64,000 nucleotides of DNA from an uncultured bacterium (GTDB lineage Bacteria; Bacillota_I; Bacilli_A; RFN20; CAG-826), in contig CASFTG010000003.1 of the NCBI GenBank assembly GCA_949297805.1, forward strand, positions 132,473 to 196,472. Direction: 5' to 3'. The first letter of the stretch is position 1, and each line of letters opens with the position of its first letter. Shown piece by piece: positions 1-10,581 of the stretch. The notes below the pieces were generated by a model. That model was not told the origin of the DNA, searched no databases, and saw only the letters and a list, made by a program, of their open reading frames with translations. The position numbers and the translations under genes were made by a program.

Positions 1-652
1 TTTCTTTGGCGAGGATCCCGGAGTTGATGGCCGGGGCTTGGGCGACGTAGGAGTTCAAAGCCTCCAAATCCCCATGGCGGACGATTCGGGTTATGGCCTG
101 CTCGATGGAGAGGGAATTGTTGAAGTCGCGTCTATCGGCTTCGCGCCCCGAATCGGCCTCTTCGTTGACCCGGGCCGAATGGACGAGTTCGCTGTCTTCG
201 ATCGGGATGATGTCGGTGACGTTTAGCTTCTCGCCATTGAGAATATGGTTAACTGAAAGTAAGGCGGCGATGGTGCTGTCCAAGGGCATGGGGACGATGT
301 TCCTAATGTTCATTAAGAAGTTATCGACCTCATCGGGCGCGACGTCAAGCTGAAAGGCCAAGTCTCGGAGGACCTGGTCCGAAGGATGGTCGGCGAAGGG
401 AATGGGGCCGGCGATGATCTTGGTCTTGTCGTTTTGAACGTAGGCGTAATAGAAGTAGTCATTGGTCAGGAGGTAGCCGACGTGGTTCGTTTCTTTGAAT
501 AAGCGGTCCTTAACCGTCTCGATCGGGTCGGCGACGAGGTTGACCAAGGAATGGTAGAACGTCCTTTCCCCGTCTTCGTATATTCGGACTGGCGTTCCCA
601 TTAAGTTCGAGAGGACGGTGCAGACATAGTTGATATCGATGGTTCGATTCAT
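1..652 (-). CDS. Partial CDS (N-terminal ~217 aa; C-terminus lies beyond the window start), divergent from the GH3 gene; possibly the sensing domain of an AraC-type regulator
   Basis: My own minus-strand translation from the ATG at 652 (MNRTIDINYVCTVLSNLMGTPVRIYEDG...) runs open to position 1. A stop (TAA, complement of 653-655) lies immediately upstream of that ATG. The ORF track misses it because it runs off the window edge. The regulator role is a guess from its divergent position next to a glycoside-hydrolase operon. Confidence 0.45.
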   Translation of the reverse strand, partial: MNRTIDINYVCTVLSNLMGTPVRIYEDGERTFYHSLVNLVADPIETVKDRLFKETNHVGYLLTNDYFYYAYVQNDKTKIIAGPIPFADHPSDQVLRDLAFQLDVAPDEVDNFLMNIRNIVPMPLDSTIAALLSVNHILNGEKLNVTDIIPIEDSELVHSARVNEEADSGREADRRDFNNSLSIEQAITRIVRHGDLEALNSYVAQAPAINSGILAKE

Positions 653-849
653 ATTATCAATATGGTTAAAACGGCCGAAATAAGCAATAACCGGCTGAGT
701 CAGTTGGTAACAAATTTTGCGATTTGGGAACAAATATGCAAGAAATGGCTTCTCGACTCAGGGTATCTTTTGCTTAGCTCATTTGGGGCAGTGACTTAAT
801 TATCCAGAGAATTATTTGCTCTGAATCCCAATTGTAAGGGCTTACATCG

Positions 850-3291
850 ATGAAAAAAGACTTAACGGAACTGTTGTCGGAACTGACGCTCGAGGAGAAG
901 ATCGCCTTGGTCTCGGGAACCGATTTTATGTATACCAATCCGATCCCCCGGCTCGGCATCCCCTCGCTTCGGATGAGCGATGGCCCCCATGGGCTCCGGG
1001 TCCAAAATGAAGGGGGCGACAATGGGGTGGCCGGGAGCGATCCCGCGACCGCCTTCCCGACCGCGGCGACGGTGGCTAATAGCTGGAATCTTGATAACGC
1101 CAAGAAGATTGGTCGGGCCTTAGGGAAAGAAGCCCATAAGTACGGGGTCAATATCGTCTTAGGACCGGGGGCTAACATCAAGCGGAGCCCAATCGCCGGG
1201 CGGAACTTCGAGTATTACAGCGAGGATCCCTTATTATCTGGGAAGATGGCCGCCTCCGAGATTCAAGGGCTCGAAAGCGAAGGGGTTGGGGCTTGCTTAA
1301 AGCATTTCGCCTTGAATAACGCCGAGACGTTTCGGAATAACGGCGATTCGGTTTGCGATGAACGGGCGATGCGGGAGATTTACCTTAAGTCGTTTGAGAT
1401 CGCCGTCAAAGAAGGCAAGCCGGCGGCCTTGATGTCAGCCTATAACAAAGTCAACGGCGTCTATTGCAGCGAGAACTCCTTCCTTTTAACCGAAGTCTTG
1501 CGTAAGGAATGGGGGTTCGAAGGACTGGTCATGACCGATTGGGGCGCGATGCATGAAAGGAATAAATCGCTTGCGGCAGGGCTTGATCTTGAGATGCCCG
1601 GCGACTGTGCCATCTGTCGTAAATGGATTTACGATGGAATTAAGGATGGTTCTTTAAAAGAAGAAGTTCTCGATCAAGCGGTCGGTAATGTCTTGAACCT
1701 TATTAATAAGTACAGCGAAAAGATAGCCGATGACAGTTCGTTTGTTGACGATGATAAAATCGCCGAGGAGATCGCGATCGATTCGGCGGTCCTATTAAAA
1801 AACGATGGGGTGTTACCCTTAGACATTAAAGCTGAATGCCTCGTGGTCGGCGATTTATTCAAACGGATGCGTTATCAAGGGGCTGGGTCCTCAATGATCA
1901 ACTCCGCCTTCCTCCATGCCCCAGAGGAAGCCTTTAAGGAATTAGGTATTAAGTATGAGTTTGTCCAGGGGTATAAAGAGAACGAAACCCAAAGCGATGC
2001 TTCGCTTATTGAAGAGGCCAAATCAAAGGCGAAAACGGCTAAAACGGTCATCGTCTTCGCTGGCTTAACCGAATACGTGGAGATGGAATCTAGCGACCGG
2101 AAAGACATGAAACTGCCGACAAATCAACTGGAGTTGATTGAAGCAATCGCTTCCGTCAATGAAAACATCATCGTCGTTTTGTTTAATGGTTCGGTGGTCG
2201 AGTTGCCGTTTCTTCCTAAGATCAAGGGATTGCTTGATATGTATTTGCCTGGACAAGCCGGGGGAAAAGCGGTGGCTAAATTGCTCTTCGGCTTGGCTAA
2301 TCCCTCCGGCCATCTGGCTGAGACCTGGCTTAATGAATACTCCCTTTTCCCTGGTAGCAGCACCTTCGGCCAAGGCCCGACTGAGGCTTATAAGGAATCG
2401 ATTTACGTCGGGTATCGTTATTGGGAGGCCCATTCAGACGGGGTTGCCTTCCCCTTTGGCTATGGGCTTAGCTATACCAAGTTCCATTGGAGCGATTTCC
2501 AAGTCAAACTGGATAGCGACGATGTCCTCGTGAGATTAAAAATACAAAATACCGGGAATTGTAACGGGGCGGAAGTCGTGCAGATCTACTCCAAAGGACC
2601 GGAAACGGAAATCGATAAACCGATTAGGGAATTGCGGGCTTTTACCAAGATTTACATGGAAAAAGGCGAAGAAAAAACCGTCGAATTGCGTTTTCCCATC
2701 AACTCGATGCAAATCTATGATGTCGTTCATAAGCGGTTTGCCCTTGAAGGAGGATCCTATTTTATCGAAGCCGGCCACGATTGCCTTGATATCGAGTTCC
2801 AAAAGGAAATCGAAATCGAGGGGGAAACCGTTCCCTGCCCCTTAAGCGCCGACTTAGCTCATAAGTATCGAGAAGGGGATATCCGCTCGATTAGCGATGA
2901 GGAGTATTACCAGTATGTTGGTTATCACCCCTCGAAGGTCAACAAGCTTCCGATTACCTTGGATTCTAAACTCGAGGATCTCGAAGCGACCTTTATGGGG
3001 AGGATTTTGAAAAAGGCGGTCCTAGGGGTCGCTTCCAAACAGCTAAGAAAAGCAAAGAAATTGGCAGAAGGACCGGAACGGGATAATAAGATCAAAGGAG
3101 CATTGTTCCTTCATTCTGTCCTCGTCAATAATACTTTAATTTCCATGAGTATGTGCGCTGGCAAATCTATGCCATATAACTTCGCTGAAGGCTTCGTTGA
3201 ATTAAGCAACGGGCATCTATTCAAAGGTATCAAGCGGTTCGCCACCAAAATACAGGCTCCAAAACTTCCAAAGGAGGAGAAACATGAGTGA
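850..3291 (+). CDS. Glycoside hydrolase family 3 β-glucosidase/β-xylosidase (BglX-like), canonical domain order
   Basis: 813 aa. The N-terminal catalytic domain has the KHF and GLVMTDWGA (Asp nucleophile) motifs. It is followed by a GH3 C-domain ([11 protein letters not shown]) and an Fn3-like tail. Confidence 0.9.
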   Translation: MKKDLTELLSELTLEEKIALVSGTDFMYTNPIPRLGIPSLRMSDGPHGLRVQNEGGDNGVAGSDPATAFPTAATVANSWNLDNAKKIGRALGKEAHKYGVNIVLGPGANIKRSPIAGRNFEYYSEDPLLSGKMAASEIQGLESEGVGACLKHFALNNAETFRNNGDSVCDERAMREIYLKSFEIAVKEGKPAALMSAYNKVNGVYCSENSFLLTEVLRKEWGFEGLVMTDWGAMHERNKSLAAGLDLEMPGDCAICRKWIYDGIKDGSLKEEVLDQAVGNVLNLINKYSEKIADDSSFVDDDKIAEEIAIDSAVLLKNDGVLPLDIKAECLVVGDLFKRMRYQGAGSSMINSAFLHAPEEAFKELGIKYEFVQGYKENETQSDASLIEEAKSKAKTAKTVIVFAGLTEYVEMESSDRKDMKLPTNQLELIEAIASVNENIIVVLFNGSVVELPFLPKIKGLLDMYLPGQAGGKAVAKLLFGLANPSGHLAETWLNEYSLFPGSSTFGQGPTEAYKESIYVGYRYWEAHSDGVAFPFGYGLSYTKFHWSDFQVKLDSDDVLVRLKIQNTGNCNGAEVVQIYSKGPETEIDKPIRELRAFTKIYMEKGEEKTVELRFPINSMQIYDVVHKRFALEGGSYFIEAGHDCLDIEFQKEIEIEGETVPCPLSADLAHKYREGDIRSISDEEYYQYVGYHPSKVNKLPITLDSKLEDLEATFMGRILKKAVLGVASKQLRKAKKLAEGPERDNKIKGALFLHSVLVNNTLISMSMCAGKSMPYNFAEGFVELSNGHLFKGIKRFATKIQAPKLPKEEKHE

Positions 3292-5467
3292 GTCAAAGGC
3301 TTTGTCAAACCGAGCTTGGAATTCCCGGGTTCGGTCAAAAAACGTCACTGGGTCCGAGAAATGGTTCGGCTATTTACTCGGTCCTTGTGGGGCGTTGCTA
3401 TTCAATGCCGTCTTAGGTACTTACCTTAACGTCTACTACACCGACGTCTTGGGTTTAGGGTTCCTTTGGGGCGGATTGTTCTTGGTCATCTTCCCGGTCA
3501 TCTCGAAGATCATTGACGCGATCACCAACGTGGTGATGGGCTGGATCATCGACCGGACCAGGACTAAGCAAGGGAAAGCCCGACCCTGGCTACTATTAAG
3601 CGCGCCTTTCTTAGCCATCACCGGGGTTCTCCTCTTCGTAGTCCCGAGTGGGAATGTGACCTTACAAGCCGTCTGGGTCATGCTCTCCTATAACCTCTTC
3701 TATTCTTTCTCTTACACCATCTACAACATGAGCCACAACCTCATGGTTCCCCTTTCGACCCGGAACGCCGGTCAGCGGGGTGTGCTTGCGGTCTTCAACA
3801 ACGTATCCTCGATCATGATGAGCGGCATCGTGGTCGCCCTGATCTTCCCGATGGCCATCATGCCGTCTTTAGGGGCGTCGAAGACTTTGTGGATGATCGT
3901 TATGTCAGTCTTGGCTTGCATTACTTTGCCAGCCACCATCCTCGAATATTACTTCACCAAAGAACGAGTTACCGCCGAACTGGGCACCCAAAAGGAGAAG
4001 AAAGTCTCCTTCAAGCTGCAGCTGAAAGCCGTCTTCACTGACAAGTACATGCTGATATTACTCGGCTATTTCCTCCTTTATACCATCGCCTCCAACTTGA
4101 AGAACATGTCGTTGCCGTATTATTGCAACTACATCCTCGGCACTTATTCCGATGGCATCACCCAAACCCTCGTCTCCGTCATCGGCGGGGTCCCGATGGG
4201 AATTGGCATCTTTGCCGTTTGGCCTTTAGCCAAGAAATTCGGGAAGAAGAACGTTACCTGCGTCGGTTTCCTCCTTTATGGCATCGGTTCCCTAATCTGC
4301 TGGATGATGCCGACTAATCTCTACGTCGTCTTGGTTGGACAATTCATCAAGAACATCGGAGGTCTTCCTTGCTCCTATGTCTTCATGGCCCTCTTCTCCG
4401 ATACTTTAGATCATATGGAATGGAAGAACGGGTTCCGTTGCGACGGGCTTGCGATGTCGGTCTATTCGGTCATCTTGACCGCCGCCCAAGGCATCACCAC
4501 CGGCATCTTCAATGGCGGCATCGCCGCGACTGGCTATCAAGCCCCAGTCGTCACCACCGAGGCCGAACTTCAGTCGGCGTTGAATGAGATCGCCGCCAAT
4601 GGGTGGACGACCCAACTTGCGGCCGCTGACCTTAAAGCCGCGGCCGATGGCTCGATCACCATTGCCTTACAGCAAAACGCCAGCGTCAACAATATGATCA
4701 CATTCTTCTTCGTTGGCTTAGAGGTATTCGCTGGTCTGCTCTTCGCCTTCATGCTGATGTTCGTCCGGGTCGAGAAGACGCTCGATTCGAAACAGAAGAC
4801 CATCCGCGAAAGAATGCGTCTCGCTTGTGTTGCCGCCGGCGAAGTCTGGGTCGAGCCGGAAGTCGCGGTCGAGTTAGAGCAGAAGAAACTCGATGAAGAA
4901 GCCGAAGTCGCCTTCCGCGAGGAACTCAAAGCCAAATGCGAGAAGAAGCACTTGGATTACGAGGCTGAGTTAAAGAAACATATCGAGGCTTTAGAGGCGA
5001 AATCGGCCAAAGCTAAAGCCAAAGACGAGGCCATCGAGGCCAAAGCCGCGGCCAAGGCCAAGATCGCGGCCGATAAGCAGACGGCGAAGTTCGCTAAGAT
5101 GAGCGAAGAGAAGAAAGAGAAACTCAAGCTCAAATACGAACGGAAGCAGAAGCATGACGCCTACCTCTGGGCTATCGAACGAGCGAAAGGCGAAGTCCAT
5201 TACGCCAAGAGCTATGGCGAGATGCTTATCATTGATGAAGCCATGGAGCAGATTGAGGACAATAACCTCTCCATCAAAGAACTGAAAAAGGAAAGCCGGG
5301 CTGATATCAAAATCGGGCCGGAAAACGAAGCTAAGGTCAATGCGCTTCGGTTAGCCAACGCCAACTTGAAGGCGGTCGCTTCCCAAAAGGTCGCCGAGTT
5401 CCAAGAAGCCCATAAGCATGACGACTGGACGGTCTTAGCTCAGCAATATCTGTCTGAAGCCGCTTAA
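3284..5467 (+). CDS. MFS/GPH-family (MelB-like) glycoside:cation symporter with a ~230-aa charged coiled-coil C-terminal extension
   Basis: About 12 hydrophobic TM segments in the first ~490 aa. The [13 protein letters not shown] motif is typical of the GPH family. The Lys/Glu/Ala-rich heptad-like tail ([26 protein letters not shown]...) starts near residue 495. The ATG overlaps the upstream stop (ATGA), and an AAGGAGG RBS precedes it. Confidence 0.85.
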   Translation: MSESKALSNRAWNSRVRSKNVTGSEKWFGYLLGPCGALLFNAVLGTYLNVYYTDVLGLGFLWGGLFLVIFPVISKIIDAITNVVMGWIIDRTRTKQGKARPWLLLSAPFLAITGVLLFVVPSGNVTLQAVWVMLSYNLFYSFSYTIYNMSHNLMVPLSTRNAGQRGVLAVFNNVSSIMMSGIVVALIFPMAIMPSLGASKTLWMIVMSVLACITLPATILEYYFTKERVTAELGTQKEKKVSFKLQLKAVFTDKYMLILLGYFLLYTIASNLKNMSLPYYCNYILGTYSDGITQTLVSVIGGVPMGIGIFAVWPLAKKFGKKNVTCVGFLLYGIGSLICWMMPTNLYVVLVGQFIKNIGGLPCSYVFMALFSDTLDHMEWKNGFRCDGLAMSVYSVILTAAQGITTGIFNGGIAATGYQAPVVTTEAELQSALNEIAANGWTTQLAAADLKAAADGSITIALQQNASVNNMITFFFVGLEVFAGLLFAFMLMFVRVEKTLDSKQKTIRERMRLACVAAGEVWVEPEVAVELEQKKLDEEAEVAFREELKAKCEKKHLDYEAELKKHIEALEAKSAKAKAKDEAIEAKAAAKAKIAADKQTAKFAKMSEEKKEKLKLKYERKQKHDAYLWAIERAKGEVHYAKSYGEMLIIDEAMEQIEDNNLSIKELKKESRADIKIGPENEAKVNALRLANANLKAVASQKVAEFQEAHKHDDWTVLAQQYLSEAA

Positions 5468-5537
5468 ATCACGAATCTATTCCCGAGGGGCTATCAGCCC
5501 TTTGGGAGTATTCGTTCTTAACTAAAAGGAGAGTCTC

Positions 5538-7967
5538 ATGCACTACGATAAGTGGATTGCCCCAACCGATCCTAAACCGAGCGAAATGGAAAACGCCCAT
5601 GCTGAGCTGGCCTATCAAGCTGGCTTAGAGGGAATGGTTCTGTTAGCTAATGACGGGACTTTGCCGTTGAAGAATAAACGGATTGCCCTCTATGGCGTTG
5701 GGGCCCGGCACGCCACCAAAGGCGGGACGGGCTCGGGCGAAGTCCATAACCGTTATAACATCAGCGTCGAAGAGGGATTGAAAAAGGCCGGCTGCGAAAT
5801 ACTTAGTTCGGGATGGCTCAATCGGTTGGATCAGGTGCAGGCCCAAGCGGAGCACGACCGGGTTCTGGCCTTGAAGAAGCGGCTCCATGAATGTGGTTTA
5901 TTCGACTGGCAAGGAATGGTCAACGCCGCGGTCGAGGTACCGCCGGTTTTTCCTTCCTCCCTCCCAATAAACGAAAAACTCGATACCGACACCGCCATCT
6001 ACGTCTTAACCCGTCAAGCGGGGGAAGGGAATGATCGGAAGGCCGGGAAAGGGGACTATTACCTCACCGATTTGGAGGATGAGAACATCGCTTTCCTGGC
6101 CAAGAACTATCCTCATTTCGTCTTGGTCATCAATTCCGGCGCCCCAATCGACCTCTCGATCCTTGATGAGGTAACCATCGGCAACGTCGTTTTCATGGGT
6201 CAAGCGGGGCAAGAGGGGGGTCGGATATTGGCGGACTTGCTATTAGGGAATGCCAATTTCTCGGGGCATCTCACCCTATCCTGGCCGAAGAAACTGGCGG
6301 ACCTCCCCAACGGGACTACTTACTCCTATTTAAAGGGAACCACCGATTATGAGGACTATGTCGAGGGGGTTTATGTCGGTTATCGGTTCTTCGATACTTT
6401 TGGGGTCGAGCCTCGTTACTATTTTGGGGAAGGCCTCTCCTATACCGAGTTCTCTTTGACGGCCGTTTTGGTTAAGGAAGGCAGCGATTTCTTCCTCGAT
6501 TATGAAGTTCATAACGTCGGGAAATATGGCGGTAAGGCAGTGGTGCAAGTTTACGCCTCACCTTTTACCTCCGTTACTTCCGAAGCAAAGAAACTCATCG
6601 GTTTTACGAAAACTAAGACCATCGTTCCAGGGGACTCGGTCAAGGGTCGGATAGCCCTCGATCCGCGCGATTTGGCCTATTATGAGGAGGCAAAATCCTC
6701 CTATGTGATCGCTTCGGGCCATTATGTTATCGCCGCCGGTTTCTCTTCCGTTTGCCCAAAACCGGTTGGCGTGATCGATGCCAAGGAAGCAATCGTATCG
6801 GAACGCTGCTTCCAACTTGGCTCGGCGAAGGACGAAGTGGAGGAAATCATTCCGCCGGAAAGAAGATACGTCTGTTATGAAAATATCCCAGTAATTTGCC
6901 TGGAGAAGAATGATATCCCTCCCATCGAACATGATTATTCGCCTTCAAGCTATCTCTCTATTCCGGTTTCCGATGAGGTTCTATGCGATCTAGTGGTTGG
7001 ATATCTGAATCCGGTCTCAAGCGAGAAACCGGTCGCGATCCCCGGATTCGGCGGGCGGACCTCGGCGAAATACTATACTGAGCTCGGCATTGATTGTTTG
7101 GCGACCGCCGATGGACCGGCTGGCTTACGGCTCAATCCGAAGTTCGCCGGAAGCGACGGGAAGAAAGCCCATGGGTCGATGATTCCCGAGGATATGCGGC
7201 TCGGCCGTCCTTTCTATAATTTCGTCGATAAGCTTCTCTCGATATCCTTCGCGAAAAAGCATTATCAATATGCGACGGCCTTTCCGGTCGGCCTAGTGCA
7301 AGCCGCGACTTGGAATGTCAATCTAGTCGAGAAAATCGGGCAGGCGGTTGGGGAGGAAATGGCCGCTTACGACATCGATATCTGGCTAGCTCCCGGCATG
7401 AACATCGTCCGTAACCCCCTATGCGGAAGAACCTTTGAATACTATTCCGAGGACCCATTGTTGACCGGTTGCTTAGCTGGTTATTTATCCAAAGGGGTGA
7501 ATTCGGTTCCTGGCCGCGGTTTGACCTTAAAGCACTTTTGCTGCAACTCCCAGGAGGATGACCGTTTCCACTGTGATTCCCGTGTCCATGAACGGGCCTT
7601 GCGGGAGATATATCTCAAAGCCTTCAAGATCGCGATCGCCATCGGCAATCCAACCTGCGTCATGAGTTCCTACAACCGGGTCAACGGGGAGTATGCGGGT
7701 TCAAATTCTGATCTATGTGAACGAGTTTTGCGGTCAGAATTCGGATTTAAAGGGTTTGTGATGTCGGATTGGGACGCGCAAGCCTCTGACCGGGCCAGCT
7801 GCGAAGGGCAACTTAAAGGCGGGACCGATCTATTGATGCCGGGGTCCCGCTGGACGAGGGAAGAGACCGCCAAAGCGTTAAAAGAGGGAAGACTCTGCCG
7901 AGCCGATTTAGAGAAAGCCGTTAATCGGATAATCAATGTCGCCAATAGATTGAAGGAGGGCCAATAA
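5538..7967 (+). CDS. Glycoside hydrolase family 3 enzyme with circularly permuted domain order (C-domain first, catalytic domain last)
   Basis: The N-terminus has the GH3 C-domain signature (VLLANDGTLPLKNKRIALYG). The catalytic-domain motifs sit near the C-terminus ([32 protein letters not shown]). Confidence 0.85.
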   Translation: MHYDKWIAPTDPKPSEMENAHAELAYQAGLEGMVLLANDGTLPLKNKRIALYGVGARHATKGGTGSGEVHNRYNISVEEGLKKAGCEILSSGWLNRLDQVQAQAEHDRVLALKKRLHECGLFDWQGMVNAAVEVPPVFPSSLPINEKLDTDTAIYVLTRQAGEGNDRKAGKGDYYLTDLEDENIAFLAKNYPHFVLVINSGAPIDLSILDEVTIGNVVFMGQAGQEGGRILADLLLGNANFSGHLTLSWPKKLADLPNGTTYSYLKGTTDYEDYVEGVYVGYRFFDTFGVEPRYYFGEGLSYTEFSLTAVLVKEGSDFFLDYEVHNVGKYGGKAVVQVYASPFTSVTSEAKKLIGFTKTKTIVPGDSVKGRIALDPRDLAYYEEAKSSYVIASGHYVIAAGFSSVCPKPVGVIDAKEAIVSERCFQLGSAKDEVEEIIPPERRYVCYENIPVICLEKNDIPPIEHDYSPSSYLSIPVSDEVLCDLVVGYLNPVSSEKPVAIPGFGGRTSAKYYTELGIDCLATADGPAGLRLNPKFAGSDGKKAHGSMIPEDMRLGRPFYNFVDKLLSISFAKKHYQYATAFPVGLVQAATWNVNLVEKIGQAVGEEMAAYDIDIWLAPGMNIVRNPLCGRTFEYYSEDPLLTGCLAGYLSKGVNSVPGRGLTLKHFCCNSQEDDRFHCDSRVHERALREIYLKAFKIAIAIGNPTCVMSSYNRVNGEYAGSNSDLCERVLRSEFGFKGFVMSDWDAQASDRASCEGQLKGGTDLLMPGSRWTREETAKALKEGRLCRADLEKAVNRIINVANRLKEGQ

Positions 7968-10510
7968 TGAAAGCCATTAACCTACATGTCGATTACCTTG
8001 TAAACCACTTGGGTTTAGGGAACCCCCATCCGACTTTGTCCTGGAACGATGAAGGTGGGATTAAGCAGACCGCCTACCGGCTGCTTGCTAAAACTAATGG
8101 ACAGGAAATCTATGATTCGGGCAAGGTTAATAGTTCGTCAATGAAAGTCGAACTGCCCGTCGAATTGAAGTCAAGGCAGGCCGTCGAATGGACGGTCATG
8201 GTCTATGACGAGAATGACCAATCCGAAGGTTGGAGCGAACCCGCCCATTTCGAGATGGGGCTGCTTTCCCCATCCGATTTCCATGCCTTTTGGATCAGCG
8301 GCAACTACTCGGTCAACAAGAAGGAACGTTACCCGGTCGATTGCTTTAAGAAGACCTTCCAAGTTGCCGGAGTTTCCCAAGCTCGGCTTTACATCACCGC
8401 CTGTGGCCTTTACGAAGCCAGAATCAATGGCCAAAGGGTTGGGGAATTTATTTTAGCTCCTGGCCATACCGATTATCGGAAACGGATTCAGTTACAAACC
8501 TATGACGTCACTTCTTTATTGAATGAAGGCGAGAACGTCATTGAGGTGATGTTGGCCGATGGCTGGTATCGGGGTTCCTGTGGGGCTTGGGGCTTACGGA
8601 ATCAATATGGCAAAGTAACCAAGCTTTTCGCCCAACTGGAGATTGAGGGGAAGATGGGCAAGAGAATGGTCCTTTCCGATGCTTCTTGGTCTTGGAGCAA
8701 CGATGGCCCGATCCGTTTTGCCGACAATAAGGACGGGGAAATCGTCGATTCGAATAAGAAGCCCTCTTATGCAGGTTTTGCCAAAGTTGCGAAGTGTTCG
8801 GTTATCCCGACTCCTTCCGATAACGTTTATATCCAAGAAGGCGAGCATTTCAGCCCTGTCGAGGTTACGGTCTCTCCTTCAGGCAAAACCATTTATAAGC
8901 TTCCCCAGAATATCGCCGGTTACGTTACTTTCAAAGCGAAGGCCCAAGGCGGGGAGATCATCAGACTCCAATGTGGGGAGATGCTCGATGAGCAGGGCGA
9001 ATTGACCTTGAAGAACATCCAATGCCGAAATAAGAAGAAGACCACCCCTTTGCAGCAGGTCGAATACGTCTGCCATCCCGGGGAGAATGTCTATAAGACC
9101 ACCTTCGCCATCTTTGGTTTCCAATATATCGCGGTGGAGGGACACGTCGATTCGATTGAAGGAATCGCTGTCTATTCGGCTTTGGAGGAGACCTTGACCT
9201 TTGATTCCTCCAATCCTTTGCTTAATAAGTTCGTTGAAGCCACCCGCTGGTCAGCCAAAAACAATTCGGCGGACGTCCCGACCGATTGTCCAACTAGGGA
9301 ACGGCATGGCTGGACTGGGGATTCCGAACTCTTCTTCTTAACCGCCGCCTATTTGTTCAACTATGCCCCTTTCGCTAAGAAGCATCTTCGTGACGTCTAT
9401 GATTGGCAGAAGAAAGACGGCAAATTGCCTCAGATCGCGCCCGCCGGCGGGGTTGACTTTTACATGGAAGTCATGAACGGGGCTCCGGGCTGGGCCGATG
9501 CCGGGATCATGATTCCTTATCGGTATTCCAAAATCTATCAGGATGAGGCGATTCTGCGGGAATTTTATCCAGGAATGAAGAAATACGCCGAATTCATCAT
9601 CCATCGGATGGGAAAACATACCCTTTTGTCGAAACCTTTGCATTTGAAGCACGCTTTGCGGAAATACGCGATAAATTACGGCCAAGCCTATGGGGAATGG
9701 GCCGAGCCCGCCGACGTCCATCCGATGGTCTGGACCGACTTTGTTTTCCCCAAGCCGGAAGTCTCCACCGCCTATGCCTCTTGGATGATGAAATGGATGA
9801 AGGAGATCGCGACAAAGCTTGGGAAAGAAGAGGATGCCAAACGCTTTGCCTTCTACCAAGAGAAGACCAAAGAAGCCTACCAGGCTATCCGGAAAACTGA
9901 AGAATACAAGCTCGATACCGACCGGCAGGCGATGCTGGTTCGGCCGCTTTATCTTGACTTGCTCGATAAGGAACAAACCGAGTATGCCAAGAAACGGCTG
10001 CTCGAGGCTTTAGACCATTATGATTGGCGTCTCGGCACTGGTTTCTTGTCCACACCGCTAATTTTGTTTGTCCTAGAGACAATCGACCCTGAGTATGCTT
10101 ATAAGTTGTTGGAGAATGAAAAGATGCCCGGCTGGCTCTTCATGCCCAAATCGGGAGCCACCACCATCTGGGAATCTTGGGAAGGGACCTGTGCTCAAGG
10201 GGGCGTTGCTTCCTTGGACCATTACTCCAAAGGCGCTTGCCTCGAATGGGTGTTCTCCCGGATGATGGGCATAAACCCTGACGGGGATAACCACTTCACT
10301 CTTTGCCCCCTTCCGGGCGGGCACTTCACCTATGCCGAATGCGAATACCGTTCGGTTTATGGGAAGGTTAAGGTCAGTTGGCGTCGGGCCGCCAACGGCT
10401 GGGATGTCGAGGTCGTCGTCCCATCCAATTGTCAGGCGACATTCGTCTATCCTGATAAGCGGATGGAGGAACTCGCCGCCGGGACCCATAAGCTAACTAT
10501 TGAAAACTAA
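7967..10510 (+). CDS. α-L-rhamnosidase (GH78)
   Basis: 847 aa. N-terminus is LHVDYLVNHLGLGNPHPTLSW. DVPTDCPTRERHGWTGD is the GH78 signature. The start overlaps the upstream stop (TAATG). Confidence 0.9.
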   Translation: MKAINLHVDYLVNHLGLGNPHPTLSWNDEGGIKQTAYRLLAKTNGQEIYDSGKVNSSSMKVELPVELKSRQAVEWTVMVYDENDQSEGWSEPAHFEMGLLSPSDFHAFWISGNYSVNKKERYPVDCFKKTFQVAGVSQARLYITACGLYEARINGQRVGEFILAPGHTDYRKRIQLQTYDVTSLLNEGENVIEVMLADGWYRGSCGAWGLRNQYGKVTKLFAQLEIEGKMGKRMVLSDASWSWSNDGPIRFADNKDGEIVDSNKKPSYAGFAKVAKCSVIPTPSDNVYIQEGEHFSPVEVTVSPSGKTIYKLPQNIAGYVTFKAKAQGGEIIRLQCGEMLDEQGELTLKNIQCRNKKKTTPLQQVEYVCHPGENVYKTTFAIFGFQYIAVEGHVDSIEGIAVYSALEETLTFDSSNPLLNKFVEATRWSAKNNSADVPTDCPTRERHGWTGDSELFFLTAAYLFNYAPFAKKHLRDVYDWQKKDGKLPQIAPAGGVDFYMEVMNGAPGWADAGIMIPYRYSKIYQDEAILREFYPGMKKYAEFIIHRMGKHTLLSKPLHLKHALRKYAINYGQAYGEWAEPADVHPMVWTDFVFPKPEVSTAYASWMMKWMKEIATKLGKEEDAKRFAFYQEKTKEAYQAIRKTEEYKLDTDRQAMLVRPLYLDLLDKEQTEYAKKRLLEALDHYDWRLGTGFLSTPLILFVLETIDPEYAYKLLENEKMPGWLFMPKSGATTIWESWEGTCAQGGVASLDHYSKGACLEWVFSRMMGINPDGDNHFTLCPLPGGHFTYAECEYRSVYGKVKVSWRRAANGWDVEVVVPSNCQATFVYPDKRMEELAAGTHKLTIEN

Positions 10511-10581
10511 CCTAGAAAACTGAAAAAACATTAAATACATGCACGATGGAGCTAACGGATAAAGGATAGAATTAACCAGCG

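Noticed and set aside
774-1181. 135-aa minus-strand ORF overlapping the promoter and 5' end of the first GH3 gene.
   Set aside because: It is antisense to a well-supported GH3 gene, has no RBS and is Pro/Ser-rich with low complexity. Spurious ORFs of this kind are typical of GC-rich DNA.
4960-5110. Repetitive GCC AAA GCC / AAG GCC codon runs (AKAKAK) that might suggest a DNA tandem repeat or CRISPR-like periodicity.
   Set aside because: They are short, imperfect and in-frame within the transporter's coiled-coil tail. This is a compositional, protein-level repeat, with no spacer/repeat architecture.
9338-9976. 212-aa minus-strand ORF inside the GH78 rhamnosidase gene.
   Set aside because: It lies wholly within and antisense to a gene with strong family motifs. 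Its composition (G/R/P-rich) matches an antisense GC3 artefact.
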